A stretch of DNA of 64,000 nt. It comes from Patescibacteria group bacterium. GTDB taxonomy: Bacteria > Patescibacteriota > Patescibacteriia > UBA2591 > UBA4787. Position 1 is the stretch's first letter. Each line of letters opens with the position of its first letter. The stretch spans positions 132,944 through 196,943 of the forward strand of contig JAQUSN010000002.1 of the NCBI GenBank assembly GCA_028715115.1, in the 5' to 3' direction. Shown here in pieces: positions 48,402-56,901 of this stretch. Position numbers and translations under genes: made by a program. A model generated the notes under the pieces. That model was given only the letters and a program-made list of their open reading frames with translations, searched no databases and had not been told where the DNA came from.

Positions 48402-48599
48402 ATGGCCTATAGTAAGTGTAAAAAATGCGGCATGCCGCTAAAAAATGAAGAAGGCGCCGAAGATAGTTGCGCTTGTAATCAAGATCTTTGTAAGTATTGT
48501 TGCGAGTGCAACTTCGGCTGCCAATGTGGCTGCAAGGAAGAAAGTGAAGGACGAAACGACACGAATGAAAGCGATGACTTTCAAAACAACGTAGAATAA
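48402..48599 (+). CDS. Small Cys-rich protein (metallothionein-like)
   Basis: CKKC, CAC, CKYCCEC, CQCGC and acidic tail. Confidence 0.65.
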   Translation: MAYSKCKKCGMPLKNEEGAEDSCACNQDLCKYCCECNFGCQCGCKEESEGRNDTNESDDFQNNVE

Positions 48600-48681
48600 C
48601 CCGGAGGACCGGAGGAAAAGAAAAAAAATAACAAAAATACTAAAAATTTTAGTAAAGATTTTGTTTTTTACGAAAAATATT

Positions 48682-50037
48682 ATGAAGATTAAATTTTGGG
48701 GCGGAGTAGGGGAGGTTACCGGTTCAAATCATCTTTTAGAAGATCAAAATAATAAAATTTTGATCGATTGCGGTATGTTTCAGGGCGCCGACCAGGCTTT
48801 CGAAAAAAATAGCGCCGATTTTTCATACGACCCTCATGAAATTGAGGGTGTTTTAATTACTCATGCCCATATCGACCATATCGGTCGTTTACCTAAGTTA
48901 GTTAGAGACGGTTTTGATAAAAACATCTATTCTACGGCGCCCACCAAGGATATGGCTTATCATCTTTTGCTGGATTCTTATGCGATTATGAGCAAAAACT
49001 TTGCCACCAAAAATATGGTTATTTATGATGAGGCCGACATTGCAAAAACGATGTCTTTATGGAAAGTTGTGCCATATCACCATAAATTTTCTATTAAAAA
49101 TTTTGACATAGAATATATTGACGCCGGTCATATTTTAGGTTCAGCGTCGCTGAGAATAACTTCAGGCAATAATAAAATATTATTTTCCGGCGATTTGGGT
49201 AATGTACCTTCGCCAATAGTAAAAGATACGGAATATTTTACTGAATCAGCCGATTACGCATTGCTTGAATCGACCTATGGCGCTAGGATTCATGAATCAG
49301 CCTCCAATAGAAAACAATTATTGAAAGACCACATCATCGATGCTGTTCGTAAAAAATCTGTTTTATTAATTCCGGCTTTTGCCATGGAACGTACACAAGA
49401 ATTATTATATGAAATTAACGATATGGTAGAAAAAAAAGAATTGCCCGCCGTGCCGATTTTTGTTGATAGTTCGTTATCTATTAAATTAACTAAAATCTAC
49501 GATAAATATTCAAGTGATCCAAATTTTTTCGACCAAGAAGCCATAAAATTAATTAAAGCAGGCGACGATATTTTTAATTTTGCCGGTTTAACATATACTC
49601 CGACCGTTGAAGAATCGAAAAAAATAAATGATTTTCCGGCGCCCAAAGTCATTATTGCCAGTTCAGGTATGAGCGAAGGCGGTCGCATTATTCATCATGA
49701 AGTCAGATATTTACCTGATCCCAATGCCACGATTTTGTTTGTCGGATTTCAAGCGTATGGCTCCAAAGGCAGGCAGGTTTTAGATGGAGCCAAAAAAATA
49801 CAAATTTTAGGCCAAGAGATAGATATTAAAGCGCAAGTTAAAAAGATTGGCGGATATTCTGCTCATGCTGATCAACCCTTGCTTTTAAAATGGGCAAAAG
49901 AATCTAAGAATGGCTTGAAGAAAATGTTTATTACCCATGGCGACTTGGATCAGGCTCAGATTTTAGCTAAAAAAGTCAACGACGAGACCGGCGTAGAAAC
50001 AATTATTCCTGGATTTGGCCAGACCATCGAATTATAA
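48682..50037 (+). CDS. MBL-fold beta-CASP ribonuclease
   Basis: GEVTGS, THAHIDHIG, AGHILGS, ESTYG, SAHAD. Confidence 0.93.
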   Translation: MKIKFWGGVGEVTGSNHLLEDQNNKILIDCGMFQGADQAFEKNSADFSYDPHEIEGVLITHAHIDHIGRLPKLVRDGFDKNIYSTAPTKDMAYHLLLDSYAIMSKNFATKNMVIYDEADIAKTMSLWKVVPYHHKFSIKNFDIEYIDAGHILGSASLRITSGNNKILFSGDLGNVPSPIVKDTEYFTESADYALLESTYGARIHESASNRKQLLKDHIIDAVRKKSVLLIPAFAMERTQELLYEINDMVEKKELPAVPIFVDSSLSIKLTKIYDKYSSDPNFFDQEAIKLIKAGDDIFNFAGLTYTPTVEESKKINDFPAPKVIIASSGMSEGGRIIHHEVRYLPDPNATILFVGFQAYGSKGRQVLDGAKKIQILGQEIDIKAQVKKIGGYSAHADQPLLLKWAKESKNGLKKMFITHGDLDQAQILAKKVNDETGVETIIPGFGQTIEL

Positions 50038-50062
50038 ATTATTTATAAGAAAGCCGCCCCGG

Positions 50063-50326
50063 TTAAGGGGCGGCAGTAAACATGGACGGGGATTGACCTC
50101 TGTGGCGGACCCGTGTCCGGGTTTGTCTGGGCCGAACGAGCGGGGAGATGGGGCAGGCGATCATCTTCTCTTGATAGTATCTTGAGCAAGTAGCGCAGCA
50201 GGACTTAAGACATTTGTTGGTCTTGGGGCATCCTTTTGCCAGGTTACATCCTTCGCAGCATGGATGTAGTTTGCCACCACAGCCAGCAGGGTTACTGTCC
50301 ATAGGAGAGCCTCCATAGTTTGGCAT
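50063..50326 (-). CDS. Cys-rich orphan protein (SD-led ATG at 50302 is an alternative start)
   Basis: CCEGC and CCATC motifs; TTGACA-17-TAAGCT promoter; stop codon in loop of hairpin 50053-50074. Confidence 0.65.
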   Translation of the reverse strand: MPNYGGSPMDSNPAGCGGKLHPCCEGCNLAKGCPKTNKCLKSCCATCSRYYQEKMIACPISPLVRPRQTRTRVRHRGQSPSMFTAAP

Positions 50327-50821
50327 ATCTATAGCTTAATACTATTTTAGAGGTTTGTCAATTATTTATTTATATATTTATTTTACGACACTTGATAATT
50401 TAATTATCTTTTTTTGTTTATTTTAATAATCAGATTTTTAATAAAAGAGGCTTAAGTTTTATTAAAATCATTGTTAAAAAGGGGAAACATGGACTAAACC
50501 GATAAAATCGAGCATATCTGATAAATAACTGAACTTAGATACATATCCTTGATCTATTACCTATGTGCCCTACAATTTTAAAAAATTTTTATAATAAAGT
50601 TGAGATAGATATCAAGAATAGAGCAGTGAAAAACAAAAAATATTTTTTTAATAAAATAGATGGAGTATATATCATCTTTTAAGGTTAAAAAACAAACAAA
50701 ATAGGCCTTTTATTAGAAGACCTATTTTGTTGAAGATCCTGACTTGGCTTCGTAAAAGGTATATTGTGCGACGCTGTATATCTAGAAAAACCTTATATCC
50801 CCTTTAATATATGGGGGGGGG

Positions 50822-51052
50822 TTATTTTATTTCGACTGATTGGTCGGTGGTGACTGCTTTGGCTTCTACGATTGACCAAATTTTGAAATATTGGGTCGTA
50901 AACCAGATGCCGAAAAGGAAAATCATAACAACCAGAATCGTGAGAATGATAACGGCTAAACTGGAGTCCATGGGTTTATGCCACCAGCCATAAGATGAAC
51001 CGACAATGCTTGGATACTTAGTACTGCGATAGTCCCCGCTTCCAAAGGTCAT
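50822..51052 (-). CDS. Small membrane protein, hypothetical
   Basis: One TM helix; follows the M23 gene by 13 nt. Confidence 0.45.
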   Translation of the reverse strand: MTFGSGDYRSTKYPSIVGSSYGWWHKPMDSSLAVIILTILVVMIFLFGIWFTTQYFKIWSIVEAKAVTTDQSVEIK

Positions 51053-51065
51053 GGTAATGTATTTA

Positions 51066-52289
51066 TTAAATTAAATAGTTTAAAGGATTAGTCGGGATAC
51101 CATTTGATCTTACCTCAAAATGTAAATGTGGTCCAGTGCAAAAGGGTCCAGCGCCAGGAGTGCCAGGAATGCCACCAGTACGGCCAATAGTAGATCCTCG
51201 TTGAACATATTGCCCTTCGCTTACATAAATCGCGCTGACGTGGCCATAGACGGTTGAAATGCCGTCTCGATGGACTAACATAATATAGCTATACCCCATT
51301 CCGGCGTTTACGGCCTTAGCAACATAACCGGAAGCCGGTGCGCGAATGGCTGTGCCATGTGCAACGCGTATATCGATAGCTGGATGTTGACCGATTGACC
51401 TGATAAAAGGATATTCTGGATCATGAAAACTTGTAGTAATGACATTTTGAGGAACCGGCCAAGATAAAACCAATGGTCCCCCACCCTCTTCGAGGTTATT
51501 AAGCATTTCTTGATTTTTTTGGTCGGCAATCTTTTTTCTAAGCAATTGTTCGGCGGTGGCCATGTCTCGTTCGGCTTTTTTTTGTTCACTAACGGCTTGC
51601 GCCAATAAGGCCTGGTATTTCCATTCAGCGCCTCGAGTTTGGGTTAATAAATTATTTTCCGCCTGGCGCTCTAGCGAAGATTGTTGTTTTTGTTGAACTA
51701 AATCCTGCTTGAGATTAGAAAGAGTTTGTTTTTTTTCTTGCAGAGCATTTTGTTGAGTCTCCAATCCGTCTTTAATCAGTTTCATTTTTTCCAGATTGTC
51801 TTGTAAGTTGCCCTGCAGATCTTCGAGATACTTTGCTTGATTTAAAAATTCAGAAATATTACCGTTTAATAAAAATATTTCCAAAGAATTTTTATTGTCA
51901 TTCTGATTAATCATTTGCAACATAGTGATCAATTGCTCTTTTCGCACATCAATCTGATCATATTGATTATTGATTTGTAACTCTAAGCTTTGTATTGATA
52001 ATTCTGTTTCGGTAATAGATTCTTGTTTTTCTTTAATAGCTGCATTAGTTTTGGCAATTTGATTATCTAAGATGCTGATTTGATTTTTTAAAGTCGTAGC
52101 CTGTTTTTGCACCTGATCGATTTTATCTTGATATACTTTTTGTTGTTCCTGCAATTGTTTTATCTTGGCATTTTGTTGCTCTATCTGTTTTTGGAGATCA
52201 TCGACCGGCGAAGCATAAGCAAAATGATTTGTCGACAATAAAAAAAAGCCGCAACAAAATATAAATATAATGAAAAACGCTTTTTTCAT
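51066..52289 (-). CDS. Coiled-coil M23 family peptidase (EnvC/CwlO-like)
   Basis: Signal peptide, long coiled coil, HPAID, YGH, TGPHLHFEV. Confidence 0.9.
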   Translation of the reverse strand: MKKAFFIIFIFCCGFFLLSTNHFAYASPVDDLQKQIEQQNAKIKQLQEQQKVYQDKIDQVQKQATTLKNQISILDNQIAKTNAAIKEKQESITETELSIQSLELQINNQYDQIDVRKEQLITMLQMINQNDNKNSLEIFLLNGNISEFLNQAKYLEDLQGNLQDNLEKMKLIKDGLETQQNALQEKKQTLSNLKQDLVQQKQQSSLERQAENNLLTQTRGAEWKYQALLAQAVSEQKKAERDMATAEQLLRKKIADQKNQEMLNNLEEGGGPLVLSWPVPQNVITTSFHDPEYPFIRSIGQHPAIDIRVAHGTAIRAPASGYVAKAVNAGMGYSYIMLVHRDGISTVYGHVSAIYVSEGQYVQRGSTIGRTGGIPGTPGAGPFCTGPHLHFEVRSNGIPTNPLNYLI

Positions 52290-52315
52290 TTTAAATAATA
52301 GTAAGAAATATAATT

Positions 52316-53833
52316 TTAACTCATTAAATTAAGCTTGTCGAGGGCCAAATCAATACGTCGGATAGCCTCAGAAAAACCAAGAACTTCGGCAATTTCTGCA
52401 GGCGGCGGCGATGATTTTTCGCCGGTCAAGGCGACCCTAAATGGCCAAAAAATATCACCCACTCCCCTATCTTTGCCAAGACAGTTTAATATATTTTGAA
52501 CATTTTGCGCTTTAAAATTATTTGACGAAAGCTTATTTAAATTATTTTTAATTAATTCTAAATTGCTTTTCGTGGTGGCTACGTCACTTTTTTTCCAAAT
52601 AAGTATTTGCGGATCATAATTTAATTCTTTAATAAAGAAAAATTTAGTTTTTTCAGGAATATCATTTAAGACTTTTAATCGTTCCTGCTCGAGCTTTATG
52701 ATTTTTGATAACCACTTAATGTCTATTTTAATGCCAGAGCTTTTAATAAATATTTGCGATCCGTCTTGGCGAATAAAATCGGCATTAATAAGATATGGCA
52801 AACACAGCCTGGTCAGCTCCTCGGTGTTTTTTTTACGGATATAACAGCCGTTCATCCAATCAAGTTTTTCTAAATTAAAAATTGCGCCGGCCTTTTGCAC
52901 CTTTTCAATAGAAAATTCTTTAATTAATTCTTTTAAAGAAAATATTTCTCTGTTATCGCCCGGATTCCAACCTAAGAGCGCCAAAAAATTTAAGAATGCT
53001 TCCGGCAGATAGCCTTTGGCTAAATAATCTTCTGCAGCTACGTCTCCTTGGCGTTTTGACAATTTCGAACGGTCGGGGTTTAACAGTAGCGGAACATGTC
53101 CGAAGCGCGGTAAGTCCCAACCAAAAGATTGATATATGAAAACATGTTTAGGCACGCTCGAGATCCACTCTTCGGCTCTTAGAACATGAGTGATGTTCAT
53201 CAAATGATCGTCGATGACATTGGCTAAATGATAGGTCGGAAATCCATCTGATTTTATAATAACCGCGTCATCAACATCGCGATAATTAAATTCAATATCG
53301 TTGCGAATTAAATCTTTTATTTTCACTATCCCCTGCTCTGGTATTTTCAACCTTATAACATAAGGTTGCCCTGAGCGAAGTCGAAGAGCGACCTCTTCTT
53401 TATTTAATCTTCGGCAGCGTTCATCATACATCGGCGGAAGTTTTTTTGCCGTTTGTTTTTCGCGCATTTTATCCAACTCTTGCTCGGTACAAAAACAATA
53501 ATAAGCGTTCCCCTCGTCTATTAATTTTTGCGCAAAATTTTTATAAATATCTAAACGCTGCGTTTGGAAGTACGGTCCTACTTTGCCCATTTCTTTTATT
53601 TGCTCCTTTTTATCAAGATATGGCCCTTCGTCCCAATCAAGCCCAAAATCTTGCAGGGTTTTTATTAAACTCTCAACTGCGCCAGAGACATATCGTTTTT
53701 GGTCGGTATCTTCAATACGCAGAAGCATTTTACCTTTATAGTGCCTGGCAAAAAGCCAATTAAAAAGAAAAGTGCGTAAGCTCCCGACGTGTAAATAACC
53801 GGTTGGAGATGGTGCAAAGCGGACTCGAACCAT
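52316..53833 (-). CDS. gltX: Glutamate--tRNA ligase
   Basis: RFAPSPTGYLHVG, LRIEDTD, KLSKR. Confidence 0.97.
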   Translation of the reverse strand: MVRVRFAPSPTGYLHVGSLRTFLFNWLFARHYKGKMLLRIEDTDQKRYVSGAVESLIKTLQDFGLDWDEGPYLDKKEQIKEMGKVGPYFQTQRLDIYKNFAQKLIDEGNAYYCFCTEQELDKMREKQTAKKLPPMYDERCRRLNKEEVALRLRSGQPYVIRLKIPEQGIVKIKDLIRNDIEFNYRDVDDAVIIKSDGFPTYHLANVIDDHLMNITHVLRAEEWISSVPKHVFIYQSFGWDLPRFGHVPLLLNPDRSKLSKRQGDVAAEDYLAKGYLPEAFLNFLALLGWNPGDNREIFSLKELIKEFSIEKVQKAGAIFNLEKLDWMNGCYIRKKNTEELTRLCLPYLINADFIRQDGSQIFIKSSGIKIDIKWLSKIIKLEQERLKVLNDIPEKTKFFFIKELNYDPQILIWKKSDVATTKSNLELIKNNLNKLSSNNFKAQNVQNILNCLGKDRGVGDIFWPFRVALTGEKSSPPPAEIAEVLGFSEAIRRIDLALDKLNLMS

Positions 53834-53896
53834 AATAAAATAAAAAATAATAAGCTAATTCAATATAATTTTATCACGAGCTAATTAAAAGGCAAA

Positions 53897-54763
53897 TTAT
53901 TTCGTGCTTTCTATTCTAGCCCATGGCTTATTAAAATCAGGACGAATAATTCTTTGTTCCCAAAAGATAATTAGCCATAAGTATAAGCGCGCTAAATACA
54001 ATAAAATAGTCCACCAAAACTCTCGCAAGTTACTTGGATAAACGAATAAAAATTTAAATCCGCCAACCAGCTCGCCGTAAAAATTTCTTTCTTTATTAAG
54101 CGAACCTATCTTTTGTTTATAGCCGCCGGTAGATCGTTTTTTTTGCAATAACCAATCTTTGAAATTATTGGGATATTTTACGTAAACGAATGCCTGTGGT
54201 ATATATTCGATGCGATATTGTTTTACTCGAATCATTTGCGTTATTAGCCCGTCTTCTGATAGGGCGTTTTCGGGAACCAGCTCGAATAAGTTTTTACGAA
54301 ATGCATAATAATAGCCAGAACATGGAAAAATCATGTTTCTTATTCTTAGCCAATGGGCGGCTTCGGTTAAAAAATGCGCCCAATAGCCAAAGATATTGTT
54401 TCTAGAATTAATCGGCAGAGGATGTCCGGTAGCGGCGCCAACAGAAGCGTTATCAAAACATGAAACTAAAAAATTCAGTGTATTCTCTCCTATCCAAACA
54501 TCGCCATCAGTTAAAACCAAAATATCACCACGCGCCGCCTGAACGGCCAAATTAAGCGCCGCCGGTTTACCGCGGTGTTCATCTTTTATATATCTTATTT
54601 GTTGGTAACGGTCTATGAAGTTTTTGGCCACTTGCTCGCTTTCGGCGTCTGGACCGACGATTAATATTTCGTAATCAAAGGTCGGCTTCTGATTTAAAAC
54701 GCAATTAATAGCATTAGCAAGCGTATCTTTTTCTTTATAGGTTGTAATAATAATGGAAACCAT
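53897..54763 (-). CDS. Glycosyltransferase family 2
   Basis: GKPAALN, LTDGD, SED, QKKR. Confidence 0.88.
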   Translation of the reverse strand: MVSIIITTYKEKDTLANAINCVLNQKPTFDYEILIVGPDAESEQVAKNFIDRYQQIRYIKDEHRGKPAALNLAVQAARGDILVLTDGDVWIGENTLNFLVSCFDNASVGAATGHPLPINSRNNIFGYWAHFLTEAAHWLRIRNMIFPCSGYYYAFRKNLFELVPENALSEDGLITQMIRVKQYRIEYIPQAFVYVKYPNNFKDWLLQKKRSTGGYKQKIGSLNKERNFYGELVGGFKFLFVYPSNLREFWWTILLYLARLYLWLIIFWEQRIIRPDFNKPWARIESTK

Positions 54764-54826
54764 AAATTATTATAGCGGCATCAAAACTTATAATTAGCGA
54801 AAAATTAGTAATTGGTAGGAAATTTA

Positions 54827-55396
54827 TTAAAGCAAATTAAATTTTTCTATAACAGAATATTTTGCGCCCGCCCTGCTTAATTCGCTTTTCATCAAATCAA
54901 TAGATTCAATGGTGAAGTTTATTTTATCTATTTTTAGATCAGGCAAATTGAACTCAAAGGGATAATTTAGGCGCGCCAAAGTCAAGTGCATTTGCCATGG
55001 TCGATCGTCTATTTCAACTCCAAGAGGAATAAGCAATGCGCCAAGCTCGCGGCGCAATTCATATAAAATATTTTTTGCCGAAATTTCTTGATTGCCAACA
55101 AAGATAACACGCGGTTTTTTTAAGTTGGGAAATCCACCCAAATCAGTCAAACATAATTTAGTTTTAGAATATTTGTTGACCGTTTTTTCCATGATTTCTT
55201 TGACTTTTTCCACGCCTGTTTCGTTCAAATAACCCAAAAAATGCAAAGTTAAGTGTATTCCGGTCTCGTTTACCCATTTTATGGGTAAATCTTTATTGTT
55301 TGACTTGAGTAAATCAATAATTTTAGCCAAATAATCTTTGACGTTTTGTGGCAAATTAATCGCGATAAAACAACGAGTTTTGTGCCCTAGATCCAT
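54827..55396 (-). CDS. thpR: RNA 2',3'-cyclic phosphodiesterase
   Basis: RCFIAI and two HxT motifs (HLTLHFLG, HLTLAR). Confidence 0.92.
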   Translation of the reverse strand: MDLGHKTRCFIAINLPQNVKDYLAKIIDLLKSNNKDLPIKWVNETGIHLTLHFLGYLNETGVEKVKEIMEKTVNKYSKTKLCLTDLGGFPNLKKPRVIFVGNQEISAKNILYELRRELGALLIPLGVEIDDRPWQMHLTLARLNYPFEFNLPDLKIDKINFTIESIDLMKSELSRAGAKYSVIEKFNLL

Positions 55397-55481
55397 ATTT
55401 TACATATATTATAACTTATAATCCACGCCTAGGCAAGAAGTTAACATTATTTTATTGTTTTTATGTGGTATAATATTAGTT

Positions 55482-56489
55482 ATGAAAGAAGCGTTATTAT
55501 ATAAAAAATTAAAAAATCAAATCGTTCAATGCCATGTTTGCAATCATTATTGCGTTTTAAAAAGCGGTGCGCGCGGTCATTGCGGAGTCAGACTGAATGC
55601 GAACGGGAAGTTATATAATTTGACATATGGTAAATTAATTGCCTTGAACATTGATCCGGTTGAGAAAAAGCCATTATTTCATTTTATGCCTGGAACGCAG
55701 GCGCTGTCTTTAGCGACTATTGGTTGTAATTTTCAATGTCAAAATTGCCAGAATGCCGATATTTCGCAAGCGACCAAGCAGGACCAAGAAATTACCGGCG
55801 AAGAATGGCCAGCGCAAAAAATAATTGAGATGGCACTCAAAAAAAATATCACCAGCATTGCTTATACATATACCGAGCCAACCATATTTTTAGAATATGC
55901 GCTGGAGATTATGAAGCTGGCTCACCAAAATAAATTAAAAAATATTTGGGTTTCAAATGGGTATTTTTCTAAAGAAACATTTGGCCTTATTCGTCCATAT
56001 TTAGATGCCATTAATATTGATTTGAAATTTTTTAACGATAAAATCTATCAAGATGTGTGTGGAGCGCGCTTAGAGCCGATCTTGAAAAACCTAAAACAAG
56101 TTTATAAAAATAAAATTCATTTGGAAGTCGCGACCTTGTTAATTCCCGGTTATACTGACAAGGGACCGCAGTTAAGAAATATAGCCAAGTTCATTAAAAA
56201 TAAACTAAGTAATAGCGTACCTTGGCATATTTCTCGCTTTTATCCGGCATATAAAATGATTAACATTGAACCAACCACCCCCAATACAATTGATACGGCA
56301 TATGAAATTGGCAAATCAATCGGTTTAAAATACGTTTACGTCGGTAATGTGGTTAACGATGTTCGAGAAAACACGATTTGCCCTAATTGCGGTAAATCTA
56401 ATATTGTTCGTAGTGGCCATCAAATCAAGCGCCTAGATAAATGCGGACATTGTTATAATTGCAATTATGATTTAAGTATTTTTAAGTAA
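55482..56489 (+). CDS. AmmeMemoRadiSam system radical SAM enzyme
   Basis: DPVEKKPLFHF, GCNFQCQNCQN, AYTYTEP, YVYVGN. Confidence 0.92.
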   Translation: MKEALLYKKLKNQIVQCHVCNHYCVLKSGARGHCGVRLNANGKLYNLTYGKLIALNIDPVEKKPLFHFMPGTQALSLATIGCNFQCQNCQNADISQATKQDQEITGEEWPAQKIIEMALKKNITSIAYTYTEPTIFLEYALEIMKLAHQNKLKNIWVSNGYFSKETFGLIRPYLDAINIDLKFFNDKIYQDVCGARLEPILKNLKQVYKNKIHLEVATLLIPGYTDKGPQLRNIAKFIKNKLSNSVPWHISRFYPAYKMINIEPTTPNTIDTAYEIGKSIGLKYVYVGNVVNDVRENTICPNCGKSNIVRSGHQIKRLDKCGHCYNCNYDLSIFK

Positions 56490-56500
56490 CTGTGGATAAA

Positions 56501-56527
56501 TTAGCACTCTTGCTTGACGAGTGCTAA
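56501..56527. promoter_or_regulatory. CIRCE element (HrcA operator) overlapping a sigma70 -35
   Basis: TTAGCACTC-N9-GAGTGCTAA perfect consensus; TTGACG-16-TATAAT; upstream of clpB. Confidence 0.95.
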
Positions 56528-56584
56528 CATAGTAGTATAATATATATTAGTTGCCAAATAGGCAACTTTAAGTTATCATAAAAT

Positions 56585-56881
56585 ATGCCCAGTAACAAAA
56601 CTTCACCAGTGTTCTTCTATTCTTACGTGCTCTATAGCCCCAAAGACGACCATAACTATATAGGTTATACCAACAATTTAAAAAAACGACTTCAAGAACA
56701 CTGGAAAGGAGAAAGTTTTGCTACCAAGGGCAGATTGCCATTAAAATTAATCTACTTTGAGGCATCACTTCACCAAGAAGATGCCAAACAAAGAGAAAAA
56801 TATCTAAAAACCACGGATGGTCGAAGGTTTTTAGCTAAACGATTAAAACACTATCGTACCAATAATGTTTGGCATCTTTAG
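56585..56881 (+). CDS. GIY-YIG nuclease family protein
   Basis: YSYVLYS...[30 protein letters not shown]. Confidence 0.9.
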   Translation: MPSNKTSPVFFYSYVLYSPKDDHNYIGYTNNLKKRLQEHWKGESFATKGRLPLKLIYFEASLHQEDAKQREKYLKTTDGRRFLAKRLKHYRTNNVWHL

Positions 56882-56900
56882 TGAAGTTGTTGTTACTGGG
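56588..56900. mobile_element. Putative TIR-bounded mini element carrying GIY-YIG, flanked by TATG direct repeats
   Basis: cccagtaacaaaacttcac ... gtgaagttgttgttactggg; TATG at 56584-56587 and 56901-56904. Confidence 0.7.
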
Positions 56901-56901
56901 T

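Noticed and set aside
12000-50400. GC-rich orphan ORFs as DGR targets
   Set aside because: None ends in a sequence resembling the TR (no VRYL.W...W.W...WL pattern) by eye
42581-56499. DnaA boxes TGTGGATAA at 42581 and 56491 as replication origin
   Set aside because: Isolated single boxes, no cluster and no dnaA/dnaN nearby
56869-56901. N-terminal extension of ClpB in the ORF track
   Set aside because: Derived from the element's right inverted repeat; ATG at 56902 fits ClpB
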